A DNA stretch of 64,000 nt, taken from contig CM060733.1 of NCBI GenBank assembly GCA_030704615.1, forward strand, positions 40,858,001 to 40,922,000, written 5' to 3'. This document shows positions 38,201 to 50,620 of the stretch, in pieces. The stretch comes from Takakia lepidozioides. Its lineage: Eukaryota; Plantae; Bryophyta. Position numbers and translations under genes: made by a program. The notes beneath the pieces were generated by a model. It searched no databases and was not told the origin of the DNA. It worked only from the letters and a program-made list of their open reading frames with translations. Numbering within the stretch: position 1 is the stretch's first letter; the number at the start of each line of letters is the position of its first letter.

Positions 38201-40024
38201 CATCGCCCTCTGTAGACGCGCCGTCTCTGGGAGCTCCTCAAATAATGGAACCAAGTTTGTGTGGCGCAGGGCGTAAGGAAGACCCAGGAACCCAAACGCA
38301 TAAATGCATCCTCGTTTAATGCAGTTTATGTGCCACTGATGGCGTCCAAAATTGGGGTTAAGTGGTCGCTATTTAATGTGTTCCACGGGGGGACACGCTC
38401 TGCCGCACTATTAATATTTCTCTACAATTGTGGCCAATTTATGCGTAGGTACGAGTGCCCAAATGATCCCCAGTTGGGGAGGCCGGGCAAGCGATAGGAA
38501 GGGATAGCGAGGATGGATGATTGTGGCGTTGCGCATTAAGTAGCTCATCATTGAGGCCACCAGCCCAGCGCGGGTGGGGACCAGCGGGGAGGAGAATGAG
38601 CGCAGTAAAAACGGGGCCATGCGGGCAGCATCCACCAAATGTTACTGACATCGGGTGGCGATCATTATCTCGCACGCAAACGGATGACAGATTCTGGTGG
38701 ACGGATGAGAAGCAGCGACGGGGGATGAGAAGGTGCAGGGCCGGCAGCACGGCACATGATGATTGCAGACCTGCGCCTTCCCGCGCGCTCTGCGGGGGCG
38801 TGTATTATTGGCGCAGCGGGGCCGGGCTCGCCGGGCCTGCCAAGATGCTCGCCGCGCGGAATTATTGGGGCCCCGCATCATTTCCCTTACTCCCCTCTCT
38901 TTCGCCACCGTACCGCCGATGCTGGCGAAACTTCGCGACGCCGGCTCTCACCGGCGATGGCCGGTGACATCATCATATTCCTGCCCGCCTGCTGACCTTC
39001 ACTGAGCGGTGGGCCAGTGAGTGCCAGGGCGAATATCCACCTGTAGCGGGCGCGGGTCGCCGGTCACCCGGCCCGAGCCCCGTTCCATTGACTTGTCTCC
39101 CTCCCCGTTTGGATGCGGGGTCAACCCTGGGTAGGTACATGTTAGCTCTTGGAGATTCTCTAAGAAACATGCAAGTTTTGGTTTGGAGGGATAGAAGGCT
39201 AATGGGCATAACGAGCAGCAGTCTTCCTATGGTGGTTGCACTGTTGTCAGCAATGTCCAACAAGTGACTTTGGTGTTCTCTCATACAGACTTGTGCCCCA
39301 CAACACATACTTGCTACTATATCTATACCTGCGATAGGAGTCCAAAAATAATAATTGGCACAAGTGAATAGAATTTGGAGTGAAGCTCCAAGTCTCTTGG
39401 TGCATTTCATGCAACCAAGGTGAAGTGTCCATGATCACCATGTTACTGATCATTGTGGAACCTTAGGCGTAAACCAATTCACATTTGTTATCAGTGTCAT
39501 ACTAGCAAAGACACTGAAGAGATGTAAGGGAAGTCCTTTTAGCCATTTCAGCCAACAAATAGCTACATAATTCAATAGTAGCACCTATAATTCAATTTAA
39601 TTTAATTTAAAGTGGTCACCTAAGTATGGGGAAAATTTATCACTGAGTATAACCCGGTTTCTCAAAGAAAATAAACTTTTTACAAAAGCCCTTTGCATTA
39701 CACATGCATATTTTGTCAAATCAAATGGTGATTACAAAATTCTGTACTTTGATCCGTGAGAATTTCGAGAAGGCAGCCATGTCGGAGAATTACCTCATCA
39801 AAGAAAATTTATATTATTTCATCACTGTCCTTAGCAACCACAGGTCAAATGTCAACCCATTTTCTGTCGCTACGGCAAGATAGGCATGGCCCTTGGACAT
39901 GGGTTTCAAAGTCTGACAAGATCAAGGCCCACCCGTGCGAAATAGAGATGGATTGTAATGGAGGAGGAGTGTCGATTCTAGACAATATGGTCTTAGCATG
40001 ATATGGTACACATTTTCGTAATGA

Positions 40025-40190
40025 AAGTATAAACATCCTTCACTAAACCCTTCGAGTGGTTTAGCTCATGTAACCGCTTAACTGTCTTGGTGTCGTATGA
40101 AAATGTGAAAGTATAAACATCATTCCTACACCCTTCCAGTGGTTCTGCTCTTATAACCCTTAAATGTCTTGGTGCAATGTGAAAATGTGA
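40025..40190. repeat. Diverged tandem duplication, about 83 bp x2
   Basis: aaagtataaacatc...acccttc.agtggtt..gctc...taacc...tgtcttggtg...gaaaatgtga occurs twice. Confidence 0.8.
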
Positions 40191-40778
40191 GGTGAAATTT
40201 TCATTGAAACTTTATAATGGTGGAAAAATTATGGGATGAAGTTTTGGGTACAGTAGGCAAGTTGTATGCTTGCATTCATCCATGTTAGCCCTAATCCACT
40301 GAGTGCGAGCTCGGGCGGCGGATTGGAGAAGCGAGCTCCTGTGAGCTTGGAGTTTGAAAAATTCAAAAGCCAACGGTAACTAAAAAGAAACTTATACAAA
40401 AACTAAAGCATCGGACGATGCACAAGGGATGAGAAAACCACATAGGGAAACCTTGCTCTGCAACTTGAGCGAAGGACAAAACCCTGTGGTGGAAAAATCA
40501 GGTGCTTACATGGTGATGCTAACACCTAGTACGAGAAAAAAAATACCAATCTAAGTCTATGGTTTAGAAGAGGAGGGTGCAAATTGCTGAGAGCAAGCAG
40601 CACGCGTAGGAGTAAGAATCACATGTCTATTCTCAACATTCAAACATATTAGATTGAAAGTAAGAGTGCAGGGAACAAAGCAAATAGACATGAACCATGT
40701 CTGAAAGAGCAAGAATATAATCATGTTGAGGGAGCCAATATTGACGACCAACAAGGATATCTGAAATCAAATAAGGGT

Positions 40779-41127
40779 TGTCAAGTTAAATAAACACAGT
40801 GTGAAACTAACTAGAATAAATCTAGTTATTTGTATTTAACACTTGGATTTAGTTCAAGTGTTAAGTCAGGTGTCAAGTTTAGCTTGACACCTGAACCATC
40901 TTATCTTCACGAGAGCGTCAGTCGTGCGGCTCATCTCTCTCGAGTTGAGCCTGCACGACCGAGCTCCTTCACTGCTTAGAATCTGAGTGTGCTTATGAAG
41001 GGAGAATAGGATGTTGTGGGGTGGAGTCCCCATAGCTTGGAGTGCCCCTAGCTCGACTCTTAGTTTAACGAGTGATGTTGTTGTATTTCATGTCTTTGTG
41101 TCAACAGTGTGAGTTTAGTTTCTATCA
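40779..41127 (+). repeat. Terminal repeat B1 (349 bp)
   Basis: Colinear with 44744-45092, about 12 substitutions counted by eye. Confidence 0.95.
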
Positions 41128-41334
41128 CTCGACAAAGATGCTCTATCTAGTTTTCTAGTGCTAAGCTAGATATGATGTTTTTGTTTTTAAGCACTATTAT
41201 AATATAGCTTGGTCACGGGGAGCCTGCAGTTAGACTGGCTATCTGTGCTGAGTGGAGCAAAACAGGAAGCTTGAGATGTTGCTGCGATTTTTGTCAACCT
41301 GTGGTTATATCTGAGACGACGTATACGACGGTTC

Positions 41335-44300
41335 TTGAGGGCTTACAGGAACTGCTTTGCCTTCAGTTTGAAGGACTTAGGAGCACTGAAGGGTCAAGAG
41401 ATTCGCATTGAATTGGCTACTGACACGCCAATCTTTCGGAGACCCTATAGATACAGTGACATGGAGAGGTCCTTGATTCAGATGAGAACTCAGGACCTTT
41501 GGGAGGCTGGTTTGGTGGAGCTATCTGGGGGAGAGTATGTTTCAGCCACAGTGATGCCAGCCAAGAATGATGTCTATGGCAATTGGACGGAGAGACGTAT
41601 GTGCGGTGATTACCGGCCTGTAAATCATCAGACCAAGTCTGATAGATATATCATGCCAACACCAGAGGAAATCTTTGATGCCATTGGGCATGCCAAGGTC
41701 TTTAGTACTTTGGATTTACGATCCGGATATCACCAATTGCCGATCAAGGAGGCAGATAAACATGAGACGACATTTTGGGGGATCAATGAGCACGGGAAGG
41801 ATTGCTTATACCAGTGGCGGTTCTTATCATTTGGGCTTAAGAACGCTCCTGCAGAGTTTCAGATAGTCATGGACAGGATTCTAGCAGGGGTGGAGTTTGT
41901 TTGGTGCTACATAGATGACATCATCAACTTTAGTGCTATGGTGGAGGAGCATGAGAGACACCTTCACGTGGTATTTGAGCGCTTGAGGGCGCACGGATTG
42001 AAGTTACATCGGGGATGTGCAAGTTTTTCCACAACCAGATTGAGTATCTGGGTCACATGATATATCCTGGAGGATTGGAGGTACAGCAGACTAAGGTAGA
42101 GGCCATTGCACAGATTCCACGCCCCACGGATGTGAGCCGAGTTCGAGCTTTCATGGGGTTCGCAAACTATTATAGACGGTTTGTCAAGGGATTTAATCCC
42201 ATTGCAAAGGCTCTAACCAAGCTGACCAAGGTGAACCAGGAGTGGCAGTGGGAAGATGAGCAAGAACGAGCTTTCTAAGAGCTCAAGGCGAGGTTGACCT
42301 CGGCGCCCATCTTGAGACGACCTATCAGGGGGCGTCCTTTTCAGCTGCATACAGATTGGAGCATGTTGGGGCTTGGGGCGGTGCTCACACAGCTGGATGA
42401 TGAGGGAAGAGAGTTTGTAGTGGCTTATGTCAGTCGCTTGAACAACGCTGCAGAGGCTAAGTATAGCTCATATGAGGGAGAGTGCTTAGCTGCAGTGTGG
42501 GCCGTGGCACACTTCAGGTGCTATCTATATGACAATCTCTTCACCCTTGTCACGGATCACCAGCCACTCAAGTGGTTGATGGAGTCAGACAAGCTTACGG
42601 GGAAGCTTGCACGGTGGGCACTCATACTTCAAGAGTATGACTTTCAGGTTGTGCATCGATCGGGTTTGGTCAATCGGGATGCGGATGGGTTGAGTCGCAA
42701 TCCATGCACGAACCAGCAGGATGACACTGGAGCTCGGTGGCATGGTCAGACGGACGAGGAGATGGTGCCCGGATGGCATGCATCTGCATTTCTGTGTATC
42801 TTGGCAGCAGAAGGCCAGGTTGGACCTACAACAGGGATGACTGTAGACCGAGTGTCTGAGGACCCTGAGGCCAACAATGAGCAAGGTGGCGCCAAAGATA
42901 TACATGAGGATTCAGCTGTGTTGGACTATCTCCGCACTGAGGGCACGACAGCCACTGTAACTGCCAAGGAGAGAGATCGGATCCTACAACGAGCCAAGAG
43001 GTTCAAGTGGGAGGGGACCCACCTGCTCCGAGTGTGGGAAGATGGTCGAGTGAGGATTGTGCCTCACCCAACCCAGCGGGCACGGTTAGTGCGGCATGCC
43101 CATAAGGAGTTGGGGCATTTTGGGGTGCGACGCACTCATAGTCTACTACAGGGGCAGTATTGGTGGCGTGGTATACACACAGAGGTGCAACAATTTGTGG
43201 CTAGGTGCATGGTGTGTGATAGGGTGCGTGCTTCATTCAACGCCCCTATACCACAATTGCACCCTCTTCCGATCATGGAATTGGGCTACAGGTAGAGTCT
43301 TGAATTCGCAGGGCCATTGCCATTGACCATGCGCCACAACAAGTATGTGTTGGTGATGGTGGAGCACTTTTCCAAGTGGATCGAGTTGGTTCCATTGCCT
43401 GATAAGGCTAGTGAGGGAGCTGCGTATGCATTCTTGGATTGTGTACTTAGCTGATTCGGTGCTCCAGCTGAGGTACTCACGGACCAAGGGAGAGAGTTCT
43501 TGGGGGAGTTTCAGGCGTTGTGTGACAAGGCCTTGGTCGACCACCGCACCACTTCTCGGGATCATCCTGAGGCCGATGGCTTGGCAGAGAGGGTTGTTCA
43601 GACAATGAAGAGGGGTTTGCGCAAGTATGGCTTGCAAAAGGGACACCTAGGAGATTGGGACCTTCAGTTACCTTGGTTAGCCATGGGCTACAGGTTTAGC
43701 AAGCAAAGCATCACTTGCCTTCTTCGTACCATACTTTCTTCTCTTTGGCCGAGAGCCGGATTTGCCTGCATCCATTCGTAGAGAAGCTGCTATAGTTCTC
43801 AATCTTGACGATCCGGACATGTGGGCACGTGCATGTGATCAGCGTGCAGAGTTGTTCAAGAAAGTCATGCCCATGGCTTTCGAGAACCTTGCCATTGCAC
43901 AACATCGTGATACGTTGAGGTATGCTACCATACGTGGTGGGGGCTATCGTCCTAGGGTTCGGAGATTTAACCCTGGTGACTATGTTTATCTGCAGCAGAC
44001 TGCTCCTACGACCTTGGATGTGACTGCAGGACGTACTATTTTGAGGGTTCGAGAGGTGTTGCCCTCAGGAGTCCTGATCTTGGAGGATCGGGATGACATG
44101 ATTTGGAAGGACCATGTGCGTAATTGCGCGCCATGTCACCTTCCAAATGTTGATAGAAGGGTTGACCCAAACCTGGCAGTGGTACATGCAAGTTTGAGGT
44201 GTATGTTGTGTGGGTCTGCTAGAGGGGTAGCCACCATGCTGGTGTGTGATCGATGCTCTAGAGGTTAGCATATGGGATGCTTGACTCCACCTCTTGAGAT

Positions 44301-44343
44301 GGTTCCTGATGGGGATTGGTTATGTCCGCATTGCATTGGATAG
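41335..44343 (+). pseudogene. Degraded pol polyprotein: reverse transcriptase, RNase H, integrase, C-terminal PHD finger
   Basis: RMCGDYR, LDLRSGYHQ, FGLKNAPAEFQ and YIDD (RT); LHTDWS...YEGECLA...TDHQPL...ADGLSR (RNase H); H..LGH...C..C, LTDQG and DGLAER (INT); C4HC3 at 44200-44334. Frameshifts and stops at about 42015, 42276, 43293 and 44266. Confidence 0.95.
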
Positions 44344-44656
44344 TGGGAGTGGATACAACCATGGGAGGCTAACAAAAAATGCAAGGCCAAGCTACTATGA
44401 GACCTTGAACACACGAGATCCTGGCTCAAGTTCACAGATTGCAGGACGGCGACTAACGATGGGGCCACTCTTGTACCCGGCCTCTTGGTCTATAGAGTTT
44501 GAGTGCAATAGGGACAGTGATAGAGGACTTAGTACGGCTGTGGCTATAACATCTTGTAGCTATCTGGAGTTAGAGGGACCTATCCACCTGTTGTTGTGGG
44601 GGGGGGGGAGAGCGCGGGAAGAGACTCAATTGATGCGCAGCCAGCTAGGGGGCGAT

Positions 44657-45178
44657 TGTGGCAGACTACTTTATTGTCCATATACATGTGGTGTAGTTTG
44701 GATAGCGATGTAGTTGTGTAGCGATACGTATGCGCACGACAGCTGTCAAGTTAAATAAACACAGTGTGAAACTAACTGGAATAAATCTAGTTATTTGTAT
44801 TTAACACTTGGATTTCGTTCAAGTGTTAAGTCAGGTGTCAAGTTTAGCTTGACACCTGAACCATCTTATCTTCACGAGAGTGTCAGTCGTGCGGCTCATC
44901 TCTCTCGAGTTGAGCCTGCATGACCGAGCTCCTTCAATACTTAGAATCTGAGTGTGCTTATGAAGGGAGAATAAGATGTTGTGGGGTGGAGTCCCCATAG
45001 CTTGGGGTGCCCCTGGCTCGACTCTTAGTTTAACGAGTGATGGTGTTGTATTTCATGTCATTGTGTCAATAGTGTGAGTTTAGTTTCTATCATTGTGGCA
45101 GACTACTTTATTGTTCATATATGTGTGGTGTAGTTTGGACAGCAATGTAGTTGTGTAGCGATACGTATGCGCACGACA
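44657..45178 (+). repeat. Right-end repeat block A1-gc-B2-t-A2
   Basis: A1 44657-44741 and A2 45094-45178 (85 bp, about 5 mismatches) flank B2 44744-45092. Confidence 0.95.
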
Positions 45179-45640
45179 GGGCCATCAATGCGTCTTTTGG
45201 CTTTGGAGACTTGCTTATAACTAGGCTGCAATCGAACACAAATAGATCGACCCACCTTGAAAAAATCTGAGTAGACAACCCGACGGTTATAATTCTTTGC
45301 CTGAGCAGCATGAGCCAGAACAATGTCAAACTTAGCAGTTTCCCTTAGGCGACGTCGCTTGAAATCTAAGTTCAACAAAAACGGACCCCAGTCCTCGGGG
45401 TTAGTGGGAGAGACATGCAAGGAGGTGATATGCAAAGGGGTACAGTTCTTCCTGCCATACATTAATAATTCAAATGGAGAAGACTTGGTACTAGCGTAAA
45501 CAGAGGTTTGATAGGCAAACAACAAGATTAGTATGGCAATATCTCATTCATCGATTCAAGTGCCATTTTTTCTAGCATTTGGCACATAGTTTTGTTGAAA
45601 CGTTCGGTTAAGCCATTCCACTACAGATTATAAGGAACAG
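45179..45640 (-). mobile_element. Older Ty3/gypsy integrase remnant, the insertion target; it continues left of 40778
   Basis: NGLTERFNKT, LFAYQTSVYASTKSSPFELL, ...KAKRRIDG|P. Removing the insert and one TSD copy restores DGPYLISDILVGRQYWL (GPY motif). Confidence 0.85.
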
Positions 45641-47052
45641 TGATTGCATGCTTATTGTTCAAATTGAAGCATACAACCTCCATAAACATTGTCCAACGTG
45701 GCTAAATCTACAATGCATAAATTCTTCAACTCATCCATCATATTTGTGTTTAAAAAAAAAAAAAATTTTGATCAAGGAGAGACAAGGTCTTCAAGATATG
45801 GCATGTTGGGTAAAAAATAGTAAAGCATGTAGTAGGTGGTTGGCTGGATTTGTACGTGCCCAACATTGATTGATACTTATATATACCATGTGCATCGTCT
45901 TTTTTTTCACCCTTGATACATGTATAGCCCGGATATTGCCTTTGTCATTACCAGCCTAAGTAGGGTACTGACCTAAGTATTGCAAATGCCAATACCAAGG
46001 TTCCGGTTCTTAACCCTAGTAATACAAAAATAGATATCAGCCAAGTCGAGGTTCTTTAATACCCTAGTTGATACCCGACCTGACCCTATATATCAGTCCA
46101 ACACTGCAATATTCCTCATGTTATCGTTTCTCAAATACGACATGATATCATGAGCATACATTGAAACTGCAAAACATTCTGAGGACATCCATTGACACTC
46201 CCACAAATGTGCAGAACACTCACAAAGTCCTCCAACGAACTACATTACTTCCTCATTCAGATCTCAACTCAAGTTCACAACATATGTATCAGATGTTCAT
46301 TACAAACAAATCATCTGAGACTACACTACCAAAAGACTAAGCCCACATGAATATCGACTCTGAATATGATGCAGGTCTGCTACAAGATGTCCAGAAATGA
46401 CAGCAGCTCCAGTAATTTAAAAAGCCTACAAAATTGATTTTTATATAATCTACACGCCAACAAGTTAGAGGTTTCCCAGAGTTTCTGTAGCCATTTCACC
46501 TGGGATTTGCTGTCATCCTGGATGATTGAAACATGGAATATACAACTCCATAGCCACCAAGGAATGAGACTCACAGCAACCGAACTGTACAGAAACATCG
46601 GCAAGATAACCATCAACCAAACAATAAAGTGAGGATGATGCTCCAGCAGCAACTATCAAACCCTATGAAACCAAAAGCAAATTAACTACAACAGCAACAG
46701 AAACACAACATATGCTCTAGACTCTAGCGAGACTTATGTTTACATCATACACTACTAAATGTTGTAGATATATGCTTATTTATGCTTAAGTTTCACAGTG
46801 GCAACTAAGCTTTTGGGTTTCTTTATGGCTATATTCAATAAAGACATAATTCAATCCGTGACCTATGCTGAAGAACACATTGTTGTGTGGTCGCAGATGA
46901 ACAAGTCAAAATGAGCTAGAAGCCTACGTTAAAACACCTGAATCCCAGAGCACTAGGCTCCAAATCAAAATGAGCTAGAAGCCTACGTTAGAACACACAT
47001 GTAATTGTCACTGTGGAGTCAATTGGCTGATATGTTAAGGTCACTGTCGAGT

Positions 47053-48700
47053 CTATTGACCGTCATATGAGACCTTCTTAGTAGTTAATCCCTTCTTCAG
47101 AGACCTCAAAAAAGCACATAACTCCTTGTCAAACAAAGTCTCCATCTCCTCTTGTCCAATATAACCAACTAGACGATTATACTTGCAGAATGGTACCATC
47201 TGATCTACTTTCTTTGCAGGATAGACAACTACCAAGCTGATGCAACCATTTTTACATGCATCAAGCAAACTACTTTTGGATTCAACATCTCTTGAATTTT
47301 TGTACATGTTTTTTTGGATTTGTAGTCGCCTCTGCACTCTTCGACACACTAGTAAGTACTTGGGATCGATACTTGAGTTGGCAGAAACAAAAAATCAGCA
47401 AATCCTCAGAAAATCTCACCAAAAAAAAGGTCTAGACGTATCCAGAAACATGAAGCACGGCTGATGACATTCCTCATCAGAACTGAGGAAGGCAGTTGAA
47501 GTATGCTCCTTAGACTCCCTCCATGCTCCCACCCCTGAACCTGTAATTCTTGATTTGCCGGTTTTCAAATTTGGTGGTAAGATTGCATCCTTGAAGCATA
47601 TCATATCAAACAAAAATATTTTGTACCATCAAACAACTTCTAAACCTGGATAGTGAAAAGCTTCTCCCACTGCCGACCCAAAAAATTTCCATCATCTTTT
47701 GAAACTTGCCATTAACTCTCTAAGGGATTTTTCAAGTAACCCTCTACGTTTCAGATAGTTGAGTAAAGCAGCATGGACCATTGGTTCGGCAATAGCGTAC
47801 TCATAGCTATCCACATCGTTTACAGACACGGGATGCCCAAGGCCACACTCAAGCAAAGTCCAATCATTCTTCGAAAATTCTGGTGTCCCAAAGAAAGCAA
47901 TGAATGTACCCATCCTACACAACAAGCCACCAACATCAAAGACTAGTCCATCCATCTCAAATCGGCATTTTGACGTAGTAAACACGTCGTGGACTTGGTC
48001 ATAAGTGAGGACGAGTGGAACACCTTTGTAAAATTTGTGAGCCTATGGTAAAACTCATCTACTTCCTTCTTTGACCATTTTCCTTCGGCTTCTTTCATGA
48101 GGTGCTCCACACAACTCACCAAACACCTTCTTCGGCATTTGTGCATTGTCCTCCGCTTGCCCAGGCTCGAGCTCCAAATAAACTTCACATAATTCCTGAA
48201 CTTCATGCACATTTGCCCAGGAAGAAAACCGAGCTAAGGTAAATGCAACCGATGCCTCATCTCTACTCGTTGCGACGGGCTTTGCGATCACTGATTTTAA
48301 GGCAGGCGTCAATTCTAAAAACCTCAAACCCATGTCAGAAACAAATACTTGATGTCTATCACAGTTTGTAGCTGGTTTCATTAGGGCTGCAACGAACAGA
48401 GAAAAAACGGTCTTCCTCTCTTTTGAGTATGGAGATTCAAAGTAATCCGGAAGAGATTTGCCCAATACCTGTGCCTCATCCAAAACTTTAGTGACAATGC
48501 CCTTCAGATGCTCTTCAATCAAAAGCCACTGTCGATGTAGCTCATTCTCTAGTTCCTTGGGATTTGGACATCCATCCACAAGGGAATGGGTAAGACTCCA
48601 ATATGGATCTAGGTATACTCTTCTCCGATGAACGGAAAACACCAAATTAAATGACACAATTCATATATTTCCTTGCCAGCCAATGATTACCTACTAGGTT
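47053..48700 (-). pseudogene. Crinkler(CRN)-like NTPase/restriction-endonuclease-fold gene remnant
   Basis: Successive minus-strand ORFs with VLDEAQ (Walker-B-like)..F.S....R, VFVSDMGL (cf. SGTGL), IAEPMV, CQLKY (QxK) and ISLVVVYP. Intronless and frameshifted; family assignment is from recalled motifs only. Confidence 0.55.
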
Positions 48701-48873
48701 ATTCTATCTCATTTCCGATCAGCTCCATCAACTGCTGAATATCTTGTGACCCACCATTTCCTTTGGTTGCCACTGTCAAATAGAAATTGTCCTTCACTTG
48801 TTTCCAAAGATCTTTCGAGTCTTTAGTCCTACGGTCATTTAGTTTATCGAGTAAGATGGCTGGAGAACCAACG

Positions 48874-49556
48874 TGGACCCTATTACCGAACCAAATTCCC
48901 TCTTTTGCGCAATAGCATCTTGGTTAACTTTCTGCCACACACTTTGGATATACTCATCCACGTCCTTGGTTGCAATTAGTAGCAATTATTAGCTGATTGT
49001 TGTTTAACCATACATTGTGTAACAGATCAAGCCGTTTGCGATATGTTATAAACCACATTGTACAACATTGTTGCAATAGTGACGAAATGAGAGGGTTGGG
49101 AGAAAAAGTGTGTGCAATTGACGCACAAAACCCCACAGCCCCTCCGGAAAAAAAAAAAAAAAGAAATTGGGGGCTGGAAAAATGTTGTACCTCAACGCAC
49201 GCATTTTTTCCAGCAACCCAAACGCTTTATATGTTTTTTTTTTTTTTTTTTTTTTCTCATTCTTGTTTTTGGGTTGGAGTAAGGGTGTATGCGTCAACGC
49301 ACACATTTTTTCCCCCAACCCTCTCATATTGTCTCTGTTGCCTATTGTATTGTCAAGCTCATTGCCATGTTGCAGCAGAGATATTCGAGCAAAATATTCT
49401 CCGAATGCCATTGTGTTTGTGGCTTATCACCCTCCAATTGCCACAACAATGGGGGTTCTTCTAGTGTTCAATGACGGTTGTATTCCTGTTGTTCTCCACA
49501 CCATTTAAGGGCTAGTTCCCACGGTAATAGGTGTTCTTCCCGCGGTAATAGGTCCA
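48874..49556. mobile_element. Foldback/MITE-like element with terminal and internal inverted repeats
   Basis: Ends tggaccctattaccg / cggtaataggtcca; internal arms about 49087-49126 and 49288-49327; poly-A facing poly-T. Confidence 0.6.
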
Positions 49557-49849
49557 TAGGTCTCGGATATGGCAGGCTCACTGGCTCACAATCTCACGTT
49601 GCTAGGCTCGCGATCTAGCACGCACCGTTCATGTTTGGGGGCTTATCATTACTTTCTACTCTGGGCCTCTCTCCCCTTGTGCAATTCTGAACTCCTTTTG
49701 CTTAACGTTGTTATTGGCAAGATTTGGTCTTCCTGTCCTGTATGGAGCTTATATCTTAGAGCTCACACCCTATGACACTTATGGAAATATCATTGCATGT
49801 TTATCTTTGAGGGATATTCCAGCCCCAGCATGAAAAGCCTCATGTTTCA

Positions 49850-50620
49850 CCTATATGTGGATTTGATGCAGACTCGGGGGGGGCAAGGCGGGGGCTGTAC
49901 TCTTGGTTTCAGCTTTGTGCAGGTGCTCTGAAAGAAGGAGGACGCAACTTCTCTCGGCTTTTGATGACACCTGGCCGGGCAATGACAACTTCCTCTGCTC
50001 CAGGGTGTTAGATGCGCAAATCACTAACATGACCTCCTCCCCACGCATAGGAGTCCACAGCCTGAAGCTGAGGAAGGGGAGGTCAATTGGCGTCATCAGC
50101 GAGTCGCCCTTGCAAGACCAAGGCTCACCTTGACTTTGCGGGAGTCTGATGCTCTGCTTCGGCTTAGTTCTCGCTTCGGCTTTTCTTACTTCCTTAGATC
50201 ATTTCTCTGTCGGCTCTCACCTCGGCCCTCTCAAGGGCTCTTGCCTCTCCCTTCTGGCTCTCTCCCTCGGTACTGTCATAGGATGGTATCCCCTTAGTTT
50301 GCCTTTATGGCCCTTGCATGGTTATTTTCCCCCGACTCCTTCTAGATGTCCTTCTGCCTGTGTGTCGCTGCTGTTTTCTGTCCTTCATGCATGTAGCTGT
50401 TGGTTCAAGGCTCAGTTGCGTGTAGTTGTTTCTAGGCTCCGCGGTGTTAAGCTGTTATTCTCAGACACTGCGCTGTTTTCAAGCTCAGTCAGCTCCTAAC
50501 GCTGGCTCAGCTGGATGAGCCTTTGTATAATGGCCTTGGCCGTGCCCTTTTTTTTCTTAATACGATGTTCAAGGGCCTATGTCCCCTAAGTTTCCTTTAA
50601 GAGAGAAAAAATAAAAAAAG
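49850..50620 (+). mobile_element. Possible LINE 3' remnant
   Basis: Pyrimidine-rich stretch ending tttgtataa...ttaata...cctttaagagagaaaaaataaaaaaa, resembling an L1 3' tail. No RT motif recognised. Confidence 0.3.

Larger units (their letters stand above)
40779..45178 (+). mobile_element. Ty3/gypsy LTR retrotransposon (RT-RNaseH-INT-PHD; gag/protease missing) with split terminal repeats B...A-B-A and 4-bp TSD GGGT/GGGC
   Basis: Pol domains at 41335-44343; repeats B 40779-41127 and 44744-45092, A 44657-44741 and 45094-45178; termini TGTC...GACA; purine-rich PPT-like agctagggggcgat before 44657. Confidence 0.92.

Noticed and set aside
36200-39130. GC-rich patches and aataccag-rich segments as DNA transposon TIRs
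   Set aside because: No matching TIR pair with a TSD could be demonstrated.
40779-45178. Classifying the split-repeat element as DIRS/Ngaro
   Set aside because: It encodes an HHCC/DDE integrase in Ty3 order with TG...CA ends and a TSD; no tyrosine recombinase is seen.
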